A stretch of 64,000 nt of DNA from Macrostomum lignano (taxonomy: Eukaryota). The position numbers and the translations under genes are program-made. This document shows positions 26,768 through 39,377 of this stretch, piece by piece (the stretch's first letter is position 1; each line of letters begins with the position of its first letter). The notes under the pieces were generated by a model. That model ran no database searches and was not told where the DNA came from. It worked only from the letters and a program-made list of their open reading frames with translations. The stretch lies in NCBI GenBank assembly GCA_002269645.1, contig NIVC01003899.1, positions 6,861 through 70,860 on the forward strand, given 5' to 3'.

Positions 26768-27377
26768 CCATAGTGTAGATCATGTAGTGCACGCGAGAAT
26801 TTTCCCACGTGCATTTTTAAAAGTGGCGTGCACCGGCGTGCAATTAGGTAAGTGGTGTGCATTTGGCATGCATAATGCACACTATATAAATACACTGGCG
26901 TGCCTGGTATGCGCCACATGCCGTGTGCCTGGCACCTGATGTGGCAAAGCTGCCAATGCAATGGTAAGCAGACATAAAATATGTATTATTGTATTTAACT
27001 TTTGAAAAAAACTATTGTAAATAAACAGTGTATAAGACTGTTAAATAAATTAATGTATAAGAAATACACGTTTTTAAAGATATATCATTTCTTTTGTACA
27101 TCGTTTGTTGCTTTGTTTTACACAATGCAATTTAAAATACATTTTTTGTCTTCAATTTGAATTTGAATTTATCGTTTATTGTATTGAATCTATTGATTAA
27201 TCATCAATCATATTCATAAGTTGTGATATCAAGTATTTGTTTAGATAAATACAATTATACAATTCTATATACAATTCAATCGGCATGCATCGGTGTGCAT
27301 TTGCTTGTCGTCGGCATGCTTTTGGGAATTAGCTTTGGGTCGTTTCTTGCGTGCACTTAGCATGATCTACACTATGG
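26768..27377. mobile_element. Non-autonomous DNA transposon (MITE), ~610 bp, 8-bp TSD (hAT/P-type)
   Basis: Imperfect ~32-bp TIRs CCATAGTGTAGATCATGTAGTGCACGCGAGAA and TTCTTGCGTGCACTTAGCATGATCTACACTATGG. Flanking direct repeat TACAACTG at 26760-26767 and 27378-27385. No ORF of note. Confidence 0.85.
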
Positions 27378-28833
27378 TACAACTGCTCCGCTACAATTAC
27401 AACTACCCTCTCCCTGGACTTGAGAACCCAGCAGCCAGAGTAAAACAAAAGAAAGAATTTTGTTAAGATTTGTCTGCACAATTTTTCCAGATTTATTTGT
27501 GCGAACCCTATGCCAGCAGCAATTGAAACATGGAACCCACCTTATCTCATTTGTGTTAGCATCTAATAACAAGACAACCAACCTCTAAGAAAACTTTCTT
27601 TTCCCATCTCACTAATATGAAATTGATTTTGCTATAGCAAATTTTTTATTACATTGTCAATGATATAGATATTTTTATATATAGTTTAAAAATAGGTAAA
27701 GATTTATAAATTATAATAGTCTATTTAATCCTATAAATAATAGGTTAGGGGGCCTAGCCTAGGGGTCTATGACTCTATGTTAATGAATAAAGTCAAGAAA
27801 CTATTCAAGAATTGGTATACTAGATTTGGAACTAATAGACCTACATTAAATATACCTATGGCTATAGGCAACTTGCTTATAAGTAGGCCTATAACAAACT
27901 ATAAATTGCCTAAGCTAATAGTCTCAATACCAAAGCAAGGCAACATCATAATAGGCCTATATTATGGGTGGTGGTTATTTTTATGGCTGAGCCATAGATA
28001 TAGCCCAAATACTAATTTTTATGGCTGGCTGTAGAAATTTCAAGTTGTTATAATTATGACTGAGCCATATTATAGGCTTATATTATATATATTAACTGGA
28101 CTGCCTGTCACTGTGTCAGTTATTGCTAATAAATTAATAAAGAAGTAAAGAATTATGCTTTCTTGAATTTAATGGGGCGTAGGAACTTAGGAAGTATAAA
28201 TAACAGCAAATACAAGCATAACATAAAAATAACATACAGCCATCATCTACCATGCAACTCAGTCTTGACCAAAAACGCAACAAAGTTTCAGTTGCTCCTG
28301 TAAAGAAAATAAGAGAAAATTATCTAACTTGAGTTAAAACGAAAACAAACACTCCAAGTAGGGCACAGGGGCCCAAATGGTTATATTGTCTTGTCTCTTG
28401 ATATCACAGTTACCAGCGGACGCTTGAGATGCATTGAGGATGATGAGATCGATTTAACTTGATAAGTTGCGCACGCATTTTTTGAATCATCACATTTTTC
28501 GCTTTCTATATGTAATCTCATAAATTTATTAGAATTAAGAACATACTTTTGCCGACGAATTCTTCAAACGTTTAGATAAGATTTCGTGGCTCTACAAAGT
28601 GCGAACTATATAGTTTTTGTTTTAACTGATAACTTTTGCTCGACATTAAGCAAATTGTATTGAGCTACGAATCTTATAACAGGGACTGACATACTACTGT
28701 ATGTAGGACTGTTATTAGAAAGATAAGATGGATAGATGGATTTATTTTAGATGGATAGACAGATAGATCTCTGCTTGGGATAAGCTCGAATTGACGCCTG
28801 CCGAGCTGAGCGAGGTACATGTAGCATAACCAT

Positions 28834-30572
28834 AATGCTCTGACGGGGCGAAAGCAGCGCATTCCGCTAAACCTGGCAGGCGACTCTGCGGACGGGCGTG
28901 GGAACGAGGTACATGAGTCCTTCGCCACCATTGTCAACGCGCCGCTATCCCCGCTGCCAGACAGTCTGACGCTGCCGCCGGAGATGCCGTTGCCGGCGGA
29001 GAGTTTCAGCCTAGCACCAGTCAGCACAGCCGACGTTGTGAGAAGTCCTTGTGTGAGGCTCGCCCAACAGTCACCGGGCGGGAAAGCGCTGGGTCCGGAC
29101 GAGGTGCCCATCGAGGCGCTGCGCATCCACTGTGTGGCCAGTGAGGTCGCCAGTGATTAATCGCAGGCTCTTCGGTGAGGATCGAGGCACCTAACGAATG
29201 GACCACGGCGCACATCGTCGCAGTTCCTAAGAAACCGGGCATCACGATCAGGCTTGAGGAGCATCGAGGTATCTGCCTTCAGTCCTGCTCTGCGAATTTG
29301 TTCAACCGGATGCTGTTATCGCGGTTGCAGCCCGTGCTGGATCCGCGTACCTGCGTCCTGAGCAGATCGGCTTCCGGCCCCATCGCGGCACAGCTAGTGA
29401 CGCAGATCCTGGCTCTTCGGCGAGTCATCGAGGAAGCACAGATACGCCAGTCGATCCTATTGTTATCTTCATAGATTTCAAGAAAGCATTCGACTCGGTC
29501 GTCAGGTCTGAGCTCCCAAGGGTGCTCCGTGCGTACAACGTGCCAGAGGAGCTGATTTCCGCCATCATGGCGATGTACCGTGATACGAAAGCTGCTGTTT
29601 AAACACAAGACGGCCTATCGGACTTCTTTGAGACATCCTCCGGGGTGCTTCAGAGAGATACGCTTGCGCCATTCCTGTTCGTTCTGATGCTTGACTGGGT
29701 GCTGCGGACCGCTCTTCCTACCAACGACGACAACTTTCTGTTGAGGCGACGCGTGGGTCGACGTCAACCGGAGAGGCGGCTCAGCGTGCTTGGCTACGCC
29801 GACGACCTCGCCCTGCTGTCCTCAACTGTCGAGGGCGCCCAGCGACAACTGGACAAGCTAGTTGCTGTTGGGCAAGTGTCGACCTGGTGGTCAACACGTA
29901 GAAGACCGTCATGCTCTGCGTGCCGGACGACATCGAGGCTGCGATTTTGAGACGAGGTGCTGATGGACGGGCAACAGAGCTTCCGCGTTGTCAGCAGTTC
30001 GTCTACCTCGGCGGTCTGGTTCCCGGCGTGTGCGAGGATTTGCGGCGTCGACGCGGGCTTGCCTGGGCTGCCTTTCGTTCTGTGAGGGCAGTCGTGCAGT
30101 CCGAGGCCTTACCTGACCACCAGAGGGCGGCGTCGTTCCAGGTGGTGATCGAGACCGTCCTGCTGTACAACGCCGAGACCTGGACGCTGACGGAGTAGCT
30201 CGAACAACAAGTTGACGCGGCGCACGCTGGCCTGCTGCGCGCCGCCTTCAAGATCGGCTACGAGCGAGTGACCAACGCGGCTTTGTATCACCGCGCCGGC
30301 CTGGTCCGTCCAAGCAGCGACCTGTTGCGCCGTCGGCGACTCCAGCTGGCAGGCCAAATCATCCGCGCCGAGTCGTACTGCCCAGAGCCGGTGCAGGAGG
30401 TGCTGCTGCTAACGCTGCAGTCACCCTACCGGCGGGTGCAGGCGCGCACTCGGCGTTTCGTCGATTTCCTGCTGGCTGACGCCGGCGCCCCGGATTCGGC
30501 CGGCGGCGTGGCGTTCATTCGCGACCTGCCCTTAAGGCGCGCCCAGTGACGCTAATCGCGTATTCTGTTGTT
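28834..30572 (+). mobile_element. 5'-truncated, degenerate non-LTR retrotransposon (RTE-like LINE RT region)
   Basis: Frameshifted RT segments KALGPDEVP, WTTAHIVAVPKK, HRGICLQSC, DFKKAFDSV, GVLQRDTLAPFLF, LGYADDLAL, FVYLGG, VLLYNAETWTL, with in-frame stops. Short TTG tail. 10-bp TSD GCATAACCAT at 28824-28833 and 30573-30582. Confidence 0.9.
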
Positions 30573-31318
30573 GCATAACCATCATAAACTTCCTCTTCGC
30601 AAAACAGATGGGTGGGAAATCTGCTTGCAGTTATTAGGGTTACTACCTATGACATGGGCATACTTGTCAAATGTACAAGTAGTCTAAGGAGCTTTTATCC
30701 TCATAATTCAATCAAATGGAAACGATGAACTAACATAGAAATATTTTCAAATTTGGGTCTTATGGTCGGATATTCTATATAGGTTCTTAATTAAAAGCAT
30801 GTGAGGCATTATTTTTTCCAAACTTTACTGATCAAATATCTGTAATGATGAAATAAAGATGGGTAATATTATGCACTTATGTGACATGAAAGTGCCAATT
30901 TTCCATGAACTAAGGTGGATCTGCAGCTGCATGATGCATGCGTGACAAGGACTACTCTCAAGTACTCAAAGCATGGTTTGCATGGTTTGTGCGTTCGTAC
31001 ATGATGAACGTGCATTCAATGTGGGGTGCAGACCACATATACGATCAGCGCCCATGCGGGACAGCGACCCTACATGTAGCTGTACATATATGCAAAATTT
31101 AAGTTTTTTACTAATTCACTACTCACAAAATCGCAAACATCTCAAGACAGGCCTGGTGTTGCGTTGATATATATATAGGGAGCACATCCGGATCGACATG
31201 CGTCAGGCTAAGGGTTTTTTTAAACGAATAATGAAAGTAGAACCGTTATCACATAGGGCCTCAAATACGAAATTGACTCTTTAAATAGCGCGTTTCCCAT
31301 ATCCATTAAAACTGCTTT

Positions 31319-31935
31319 TCAGACAATATGATCCATGTAGATCAGCAGATGGTCGGCAAAGCCCACAACTTTCTCCAAGTACGGGGCGTCGTACTTTGCG
31401 TAGAAAAAAATAGGGAGCTTTGCGATACCAGCCTTGTTGGCAAACGGCATTAGACAATCGTCTTTGTCGCTTTCTACAATCCCCATAAAGCCGCGATCAT
31501 TGTCGCAGTCGCGATCATCGAACTTGTGGATGTAAAACGTCCTGTTGGAGGAGCTGCTGCGGTTGTGTCCGGCGATGCTGAAATGAGCGAATTTCGGCAC
31601 CGAGCGGCCGTTGTTGTACATCCAGAACGGGATGGTGTACAGGAGCCGCTCCGGACTGAACCAGTTGGAAGTATTCAGCCCGGTCTTGTCGCTAACGTCA
31701 AACCACGCCGAAGCTACTCGGTTGGCTTTCTGCCGCAGTTCAACCACAATGATATCGGCGTTGTACTGCAGCAGAGCGTTGCTCAGGTCGTCCAGCAAGG
31801 CAGAGCGGTAAATTGTTTCAATTTTTGTTGCGTTGGTCCGATTCCCGCTCGCAGCGCCATCACCGTAGAAGAACACCGTCGAAGGTTCTTCGTCGGTACC
31901 GCCCTCGGCCGAAAACAGCACCATCTCGGGCTTGG
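31319..31935 (-). CDS. Terminal coding exon of an uncharacterised, probably secreted protein
   Basis: Open frame of ~204 codons with coding-like composition (NWFSPERL, FSIAG, DCDNDRGF motifs, several N-x-S/T sites), preceded by a CTTTCAG acceptor at 31936. Upstream exon(s) are not resolved. Confidence 0.55.
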
Positions 31936-33070
31936 CTGAAAGGGTGGAGTATATTTAAAACTTTGCGTGGTAAGACATTCCAGGATGTTGCTTCCTGTCT
32001 GCAACTTTTGTGCCGGTAGTTCATTTCTTCTTTTTTCATTATTTTGTTATCTTCAATTATTCTTCGCTTCAAGGATGCATTCGCTGTATTAACCTTTAAA
32101 TTTTTCAATTGAATTCCGGTGCAATGACAATGCTTAATATTTTTTATTAATATTCCATAACGATGTTAATTCATTTTTATGAAATGAAATGACGGATTTT
32201 ATTGCTTTTGTTCTCACATTTACAATTTACTCACTTCATAAAACACATTGTATACCGACAAACCAAATTATACTTTAAACTATGTTTCTCGTTACTAATC
32301 TGTTCCATGCAATAGTACGTACGTCGTTTCATGCAATAGTTTGCTTTTTCTTTTACTTAAGTTCAACAAATTTCATAGAGAATGTTCGTCTAGACTCATT
32401 AGACTACAAAGATTCAGTAAACAAAATGACGCAGTTTCTTTCGTATTGGCCAACCAGCTCAGGCTGTCTTCTCTAGCTGAGCCATTGCACTTCATTACTA
32501 CTACTGTCTCCAGACTTGCAACCAGAAAACTAACAAACTTCAATCCAATACATGCATACACGCGCATTACTCACGGAAAGCAAGTGTCGCCGGGGCAGCG
32601 CTGATGAGAAGGACGAACAGGTGGAATAGTTGATTGCGCATCATTTTTGTTGCCTTGACAACTCCACACTCATGCCTAATGCATTTGCGTTAACTATGCA
32701 TTTATAGCTCAAACGCGTGGGATAGAATCTTGTCTGAGAGCTTTGTTTTTGTGACATTTTCCATAGAGATAGCTACATATTCTTTGACCGGGCCACTCTG
32801 TAATCAGTCATAAGATTATAACCATGGATGAAGGAATACACTGGATTGCTCATCTGAAATAGTCTATGGTCGAGTTCTCTCCTCCAAACTTGGAACTTGG
32901 AATGAATTCATAATTATGGTCGCTGCCACCAGTCCAATGTTCCTACTATTAAGATGTAAATATAGAGTTAACAGGTAACACAGAGGCACAGAGACAGAGA
33001 CATACTGCTACATTATTCTACGAAAACACTCAAAGTCAAACTCACACCCCGATCTTCGAATTCCCCCTGA

Positions 33071-33155
33071 TTAATTTCGTTGTTGAAAAAATAAACCTGA
33101 AGATGCACCTAGGAGTGCGAAACGCGTCGTTACTTACATTATGTTGATTTTCATT
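33071..33155 (+). mobile_element. 85-bp Penelope-like (PLE) pseudo-LTR micro-insertion with TSD
   Basis: Absent from the paralogous site (~45340-45350). Flanked by TTCCCCCTG(A) at 33061-33070 and 33156-33165. Contains AATAAA followed by a hammerhead core. Confidence 0.7.
33094..33131 (+). ncRNA. Minimal type-I hammerhead ribozyme (PLE type)
   Basis: AAC-CUGAAGA-U-GCAC(CUAGGA)GUGC-GAAA-C(GC)G-UC|GUU: conserved core, 4-bp stem II, palindromic ACGCGU stem III, 3-bp stem I, and a GUC cleavage triplet at 33126-33128. Confidence 0.65.
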
Positions 33156-33861
33156 TTCCCCCTGACTGATTCAGCAGCCAGTCAAGTCCTACAGGGGATT
33201 ATTTTTAAATTTCATCAGCCAATAGCAACTCAAACACACACTCACACAGGGTCTTCGAATTCGAATTGATTTCGACAAGAAGCTCTACTGAAACTTTGCA
33301 CACTTCGTGACTTTGTTAAACAGAAAGGTTTCATCTTTTATTGCATTTCTTGGAAAAAAGCACGACTAAAATCGAACGAACAGCCACTGAAGTTATAAAT
33401 TAAAATAGTCGATAATAGTACCGTGACTATGGCTTCAGAGCTATTATTACGGTAGATTAAATTGACTGATTGCACAACACAAATTTAGTAAGCTATAGAT
33501 TTAAAAGTACAAAAGCATTCTGCGCCTTGGAAATGCCTTTGCGCGAAAAGTGCAATAGTACGAAGTAATTAGAATAATAAATTGAAATTCGCTTTGGGAA
33601 CTGTGCGAGCATATGCAACTAAGGCATAAAGTACAGGGACAATGAGCGTGGATCCAAGGCAGCGAAAGTTTTAACCGCGCAATATTTGAACCCGTCGAAA
33701 AAAATCCTAAATTTAGAGACAAAACGCCTGAAAGAATAGCAAAGACAAAGGCCCCTAGGACCCAATTGTTTATTTTTCTTAACTCTGTGGCATTCAAAGC
33801 TCATTTTGGCTACTTGATGCTTCGGTTAGTTCCACAATGTGAGACTGTGTCTGGTTCCGAA

Positions 33862-34705
33862 TTTAGACAATTATTGATTGTTGTCTATGGTTCCAGAGTT
33901 AGAGGATGGTAGATTGTGTCTATGGTTCCGGAGTTAGAGGATGGTAGATTGTGTCTATGGTTCCGGAGTTAGAGGATGGTAGATTGTGTCTATGGTTCCG
34001 GAGTTAGACAATGGTAGATTGTGTCTATGGTTCCAGAGTTAGAGGATGGTAGATTGTGTCTATGGTTCCGGAGTTAGAGGATGGTAGATTGTGTCTATGG
34101 TTCCGGAGTTAGACAATGGTAGATTGTGTCTATGGTTCCGGAGTTAGACAATGGTAGATTGTGTCTATGGTTCCGGAGTTAGAGGATGGTAGATTGTGTC
34201 TATGGTTCCGGAGTTAGACAATGGTAGATTGTGTCTATGGTTCCGGAGTTAGACAATGGTAGATTGTGTCTATGGTTCCGGAGTTAGACAATGTTAGATT
34301 GTGTCTATGGTTCCGGAGTTAGACGATGGTAGATTGTGTCGATGGTTCCGGAGTTAATGGTAGATTGTGTCTATGGTTTCGGCGTTGATGTTAGATTGTG
34401 TCTATGGTTTCGGCGTTGATGTTAGATTGTGTCTATGGTTTCGGCGTTGATGGTAGATTGTGTCTATGGTTTCGGCGTTGATGGTAGATTGTGTCTATGG
34501 TTTCGGCGTTGATGGTAGATTGTGTCTATGGTTCCGGAGTTAGACAATGGTAGATTGTGTCTATGGTTCCGGAGTTAATGGTAGATTGTGTCGATGGTTC
34601 CGGAGTTAATGGTAGATTGTGTCTATGGTTCCGGAGTTAGACAATGGTAGATTGTGTCTATGGTTTCGGAGTTGATGTTAGATTGTGTCTATGGTTCCGG
34701 AGTTA
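33862..34705. repeat. Minisatellite A, 35 bp (AGATTGTGTCTATGGTTCCGGAGTTAGACAATGGT), unit 1
   Basis: Tandem copies; the paralogous array is at 46068-46612. Confidence 0.93.
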
Positions 34706-34966
34706 CATGGTATTCAGTAGATAGTGTCCATTGTTCTGGAATCATACTGTACGATACGACACGGATATGCTTTACTGATTCCATGTACGCTCGTACTTTA
34801 CCGAGGCTATTAAAAGTTTTAGGCTGTTGTGCCTGCGCAGCTTCGGATCGCTTTGATCATCGCTTGTTTCTAAGAACCAAGAGAAGCAATCTGTCGCGGA
34901 CTACTTAAATTTTTCTGCATTAGCGGTGCATGGGACAGACGTGCAGAGCACATATTTACGAGCTAC

Positions 34967-37900
34967 TCAGAGCAGCCAGCGAAAGTCCCGTTGAACCCAA
35001 AGCACATTATCTGGCCAGGTTAGGGTCCACCCCTGATTCAATTGTGTTTTCCCGTCTACAGAGTGGGCCGTGTAGCCGTGCGAGTTGAAGAAAGCCAGGA
35101 CATCGGCGGAGTCCGTGCCCGTGAGGTGCCTGCTGAGCCACTCCATCTGGACGGCCGCCACTTTCCTGTCTTTGAAGAGGCGGCCGGCCGTGCGCAGGAA
35201 GTCGGCCTCGCCGCCTTCGGCGTCCAGCTTCAGCAGCACCATCCGCGTGGGCACCAGCTGGACGAGCTGGTCGGCGGCCAGCGGCATCACCTCCACGGGG
35301 TCGGGCACCGAGCGGGCGAACTTGGTGGCGCCGCCGATGTTGCAATCAGCTGGATAGTTCAGCCTGGCCAAGCGGCTCCTGTCGAAACTGATGAAGCTCC
35401 ACAGGAGGCTGACGGAGCCGTACGGAGCGGCAGAGCTGCTGGCTGATGGTGACGCGGACGGGTTCGCCGACGTAGCTTCGCGCAGGGCCATGCGAACTCG
35501 CATCAGATTGCGGGCGTTGGCGTCCACGGCGATCACCTGTGGAGGAGGTTGAAGATCAAGCTCAAGTTCAGGTATATTTATTTCTAAATGCCAAGTTTTT
35601 TACATTCTTCTTCTTCTTTACAGTAGCTGTCATGGCCGTGGGCGCGCCCATTCATGCGCCAGCTTCCTCCACCACTACCTGTCCTTTGCTGCTCTTCTTA
35701 GCCTCTCCATTTGTCCATCCGGTCCATTCTTTCAGGTCATCTTCCCACTGCCTTTTTGGTCTTTCTCTTCTTTTTTTTACCCTCCATTTTTCCTTGAATA
35801 CAGACATCTGCAATGGCTCCCTTTCTTGTCTGATGTCCGTAATATTTGAGCTTTCTCCGCTTGATGATCGCCTCCAAAGATCATGGTTCCTTTCCCAATA
35901 CCTCCGTAACTTTTCTCTAAACCCAGGCATTTGTCTTTTTCTCTTTCCGTGAAAAACTTCTTCTGTAAGATTTCATTTCAAACGGTTTGAATGTCTCCAT
36001 AATTTTCTTCCCCAGAGTCCAGCTCTTGCACCCATGTGACCGCCTTTGTAATCTTGAGGCGATTCTTCAAATTGACTCCTTTGAGCCGCCAAAGTTCCTC
36101 AAGCCTAATCATTTCTACATTACTGTAAGTAGAAATGCTCGCTATTTACCGGGAAACCCAGCGCCGCCGCCTGCAGAGTGTAGGTGCCGATGTTGCAGCC
36201 GATATCGATCAGCGTAGCGTTGCCAACGCCAAGGCGCAGCAGGCGGTCTAGCAGCGGCGCAACCAGCGACTCCTCCCAGGCGTGATCAGCGACCAGCTTC
36301 TCGGTGATGAAGTCGCCTCCCGTGTGGCCCCAGATGGGAACTCGGCGCGGCGCTGGCGAGCCTGCCGCAGGTGATGCAATTCGCAGCCAGGTTCGGACGC
36401 TGCTTTTGCGAAGTCGGCGCTGCAGCCAGGCGGGCGGGTCGGACAGGCGGCACAGTGGGAAGCCGCCGCCCGGCAGGTGTTTGTACAGCCGGACACCGTC
36501 CAGACAGACGGCCGAGTGGTTGTCCTGGAAAGTCACATTTTCAAAGTTCATTAGTCACGTGATGATCTAGCCACACGTGTTAGTTGCGCCAGCCCTGCTT
36601 GTTCCCTCGGTTAGTAGAGGGAGTTTGATATTTCTCAGCGCAATCTGATAGCACTACTTGCATGCGATGGACAGTAGTATCTAACCTTTCTTGCTAGTAT
36701 CTCATTAAATATAAAATCTTCTAAATCAAGATTTTCTGGATTTATGATTTTTATTCGTAGTAATATCTAAGTAATCTACTGCGTTACACGAGATCCAATC
36801 ATACTCGATCCATTTCTAATCTACCTCTATCCGTATATAATATACCTCAATTCAAATCTAATCTACCTCAATTCATATCTAATCTAACTCAATCCATATC
36901 CAAGCTACCTTAATCCATATCGAATTTATCTCAATTCATATCTAATCTAACTCAATCCATATCCAAGCTACCTCAATCTATATCCGATCTACCTTAATCC
37001 ATATCGAGTTTAGCTCGTATCTTAATTCATATTTAATCTACCTCAATCCATATCTAATCTATCTCAATCCATAACTAATATACCTCAATCCATATCTAAT
37101 CTACGTCGATACATAAATAATCTACCTCAATCCATATCTAATCTAACTCAATCCATATCTAATCTACTTCAATCCATATCTAATCTAACTCAATCCGTAT
37201 CTAATCTACCTCAATCCATATCTAATCTAACTCAATCCGTATCTAACCTTAACCTGCATTTCAATCCGTATCTATTACTAATACCACCTATTAACCATTG
37301 CTAGTATCCGTTGTTTTTTGTAAAGATTAATAGAAACGTTTAAACAAAAAAAAACAATTACTACTGAAACCATGCTTTCTAGCCTAGACATCTATATATG
37401 CAGATATCGCGAAGAACGAGCACCCCCAGCGAGCCTTGGCATCTCAGCAACTCCCCCATGACCCTTTGGCATCTCAATAACTACCCCGCCATTTATCCTT
37501 TGTCATTTATTTGTCATTTTTCCTTAGGGCCCTGCGCACTGTAAAGGCGAAAATGGGACTATTGCATATTCAAAGAGCCTTTGGCAATCAAAGGCAATCG
37601 ATTATCCAGCAATAAACAACAGCTTGAATGCTTCCAAAGAGATTAGGCAGTCATGCACAGATTCTAGCGCAGATTCCCTGTGTTAAGCAAAGCCACCCCA
37701 AGGCAGGTGTAGGCAGCAGGCAGGACTCTGCTGGCGGTCATTTGCAACAGGAAAGAGCAAAGGAGGGCAGGAACACAGCCCTGTGCCGGTCGGTTTGTTT
37801 AGCAACACAAGCGCAGGGCAGCACAGAATGAGTCGAGCCTTGTTTAATTTGTGAGGCATTTGACTGTTTTCAGATACTGCATGCTGAAACCATGCTTGAC

Positions 37901-38992
37901 TAGCTGTGTTTTGCAGACTTCACAGCTACAGTATAATAGGTAAAAAAGGGTTAACAGTTTAGCCTGTAAATCCTGTAACTTCACAGCTTTAACATACATC
38001 AAGACGCAGCACAAGTACTGCTGACGCAAAAATCATATCATGCAACCCAGGGTTGGGAATTTTGGCCGAATAGTTCTTCCGAATTCTTACCGAAACCCAG
38101 TAGATCCAATAGTAGGTCTACCGAGTCCCAGTAGATCTAATAGTAGGTCTACCGAGTCCCAGTAGATCTAATAGTAGATCTACCGAATCCCAGTAGATCC
38201 AATAGTAGGTCTACCGAGTCCCAGTAGATCTAATAGGTAGGTCTACCGAGTCCCAGTAGATCCAATAAGTAGGTCTACCGAGTCCCAGTAGATCCGATAG
38301 TAGATCTACAGAGGCCCAATAGATCCGATAGTAGGTCTACCGAGTCCCAGTAGATCTAATAGGTAGGTCTACCGAGTCCCAGTAGATCCAATAGTAGGTC
38401 TACCGAGTCCCAGTAGATCTAATAGTAGGTCTACCGAGTCCCAGTAGATCTAATAGTAGATCTACCGAATCCCAGTAGATCCAATTAGTAGGTCTACATA
38501 ATCCCAGTAGATCCGATACCATGTCTACCGAATTCCATTAGATCCGATAATAGGTCTACCGAATACCAGTAGATCTAATAAAGTAGATCTACAGAATTCC
38601 AGTAGATCCGATAGTAGATCTACAGAATCCTAGTGGATCGAATAGTAGATCTACAGAATCCCAGTAGATCCGATAGTAGATCTACAGAATCTCAGTAGAT
38701 TTGATATAGTAGATCTACAGAATCTCAGTAGATCCAATTGTAGATCTACAGAATCCCAGTGGATCGAATTGTAGATCTACAGAATTCCAGTAGATCCGAA
38801 TCCGTGCAGCGCACAAGAACTCACCTGCTCAACCCACATGGCCAGGTCGCCCAGACTCCGCAGACATTCGCCCCGACCAGACAAGCCAGTTGCAGTGAAG
38901 TTTCGCATCGCGGCCCAGTGCACGATGGCAACCGTCAGTGCAACCGCTATGGAGAACACCAGCAGCTTCTTACAACGCATATTGCTCAACAT
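34967..38992 (-). CDS. FkbM-family (Methyltransf_21) SAM-dependent methyltransferase with N-terminal signal anchor, copy 1 (370 aa)
   Basis: Exons 38825-38992, 36150-36524 and 34967-35536, both introns phase 0 GT-AG. Motifs LIDIGCNIG, VIAVDANARN, LLKLDAEGGE, VQMEW. Hydrophobic LLVFSIAVALTVAIVHWAAM follows basic residues. Confidence 0.88.
35607..36115 (-). mobile_element. 3' fragment of an RTE-like LINE in FkbM intron 2 (copy 1)
   Basis: Degenerate C-terminal ORF2 text (FEMKSYRR..., KKRRERPKRQWEDDLKEWTG) followed by a (GAA)n tail at ~35605-35618. Possible TACATT TSD. Confidence 0.8.
36800..37275. repeat. Minisatellite B, 21 bp (ATCCATATCTAATCTACCTCA), FkbM intron 1, unit 1
   Basis: Degenerate tandem copies; the paralog is at 48716-49165. 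Confidence 0.85.
38092..38795. repeat. Minisatellite C, ~31 bp (CCCAGTAGATCCAATAGTAGGTCTACCGAGT), FkbM intron 1, unit 1
   Basis: Tandem copies abut the exon 1 donor; the paralog is at 50382-50962. Confidence 0.92.
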
Positions 38993-39377
38993 GAGTGGAA
39001 AACTATTCGATCAGCTGTAGGGCAGCTTAGGTTAAACTTATCTCTCAGCTTGATTGAAAGCTGGGCAGAGTGACAGAGTCGATAAGGCCGAAAGCATTGG
39101 CACAGTCACTTTTTGTGCGCTCTGGATGATGCTCGGTGAAAGCGCGCGGAGCTCCTATTGGCCAGAATGTCCCAAACCAATTTGCCGTGTTTGCCTGCCT
39201 GTCTCCAAAAGTAGGGGGGTTTGCAAAGGCTTGTTTGCTTTGCTGTGAGTGTAGAGCCATGGGGCGGATTTCTATAGCAATATGGAGACCAAAGGGCAAG
39301 TTGTTTGTTTTACATGCATTCACATTTCCGCTATGGAATTGCTTCAGTCGGCATGTGGCAACCAGCTTGAATGAGAC

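Noticed and set aside
32600-32625. CTGATGAG at the duplication breakpoints (also 44431) as a hammerhead core
   Set aside because: There is no stem II and it is followed by GAAC rather than GAAA, so the core is incomplete.
34967-38992. FkbM genes as bacterial contamination
   Set aside because: They have spliceosomal introns containing host minisatellites and a LINE fragment, and are embedded in host sequence.
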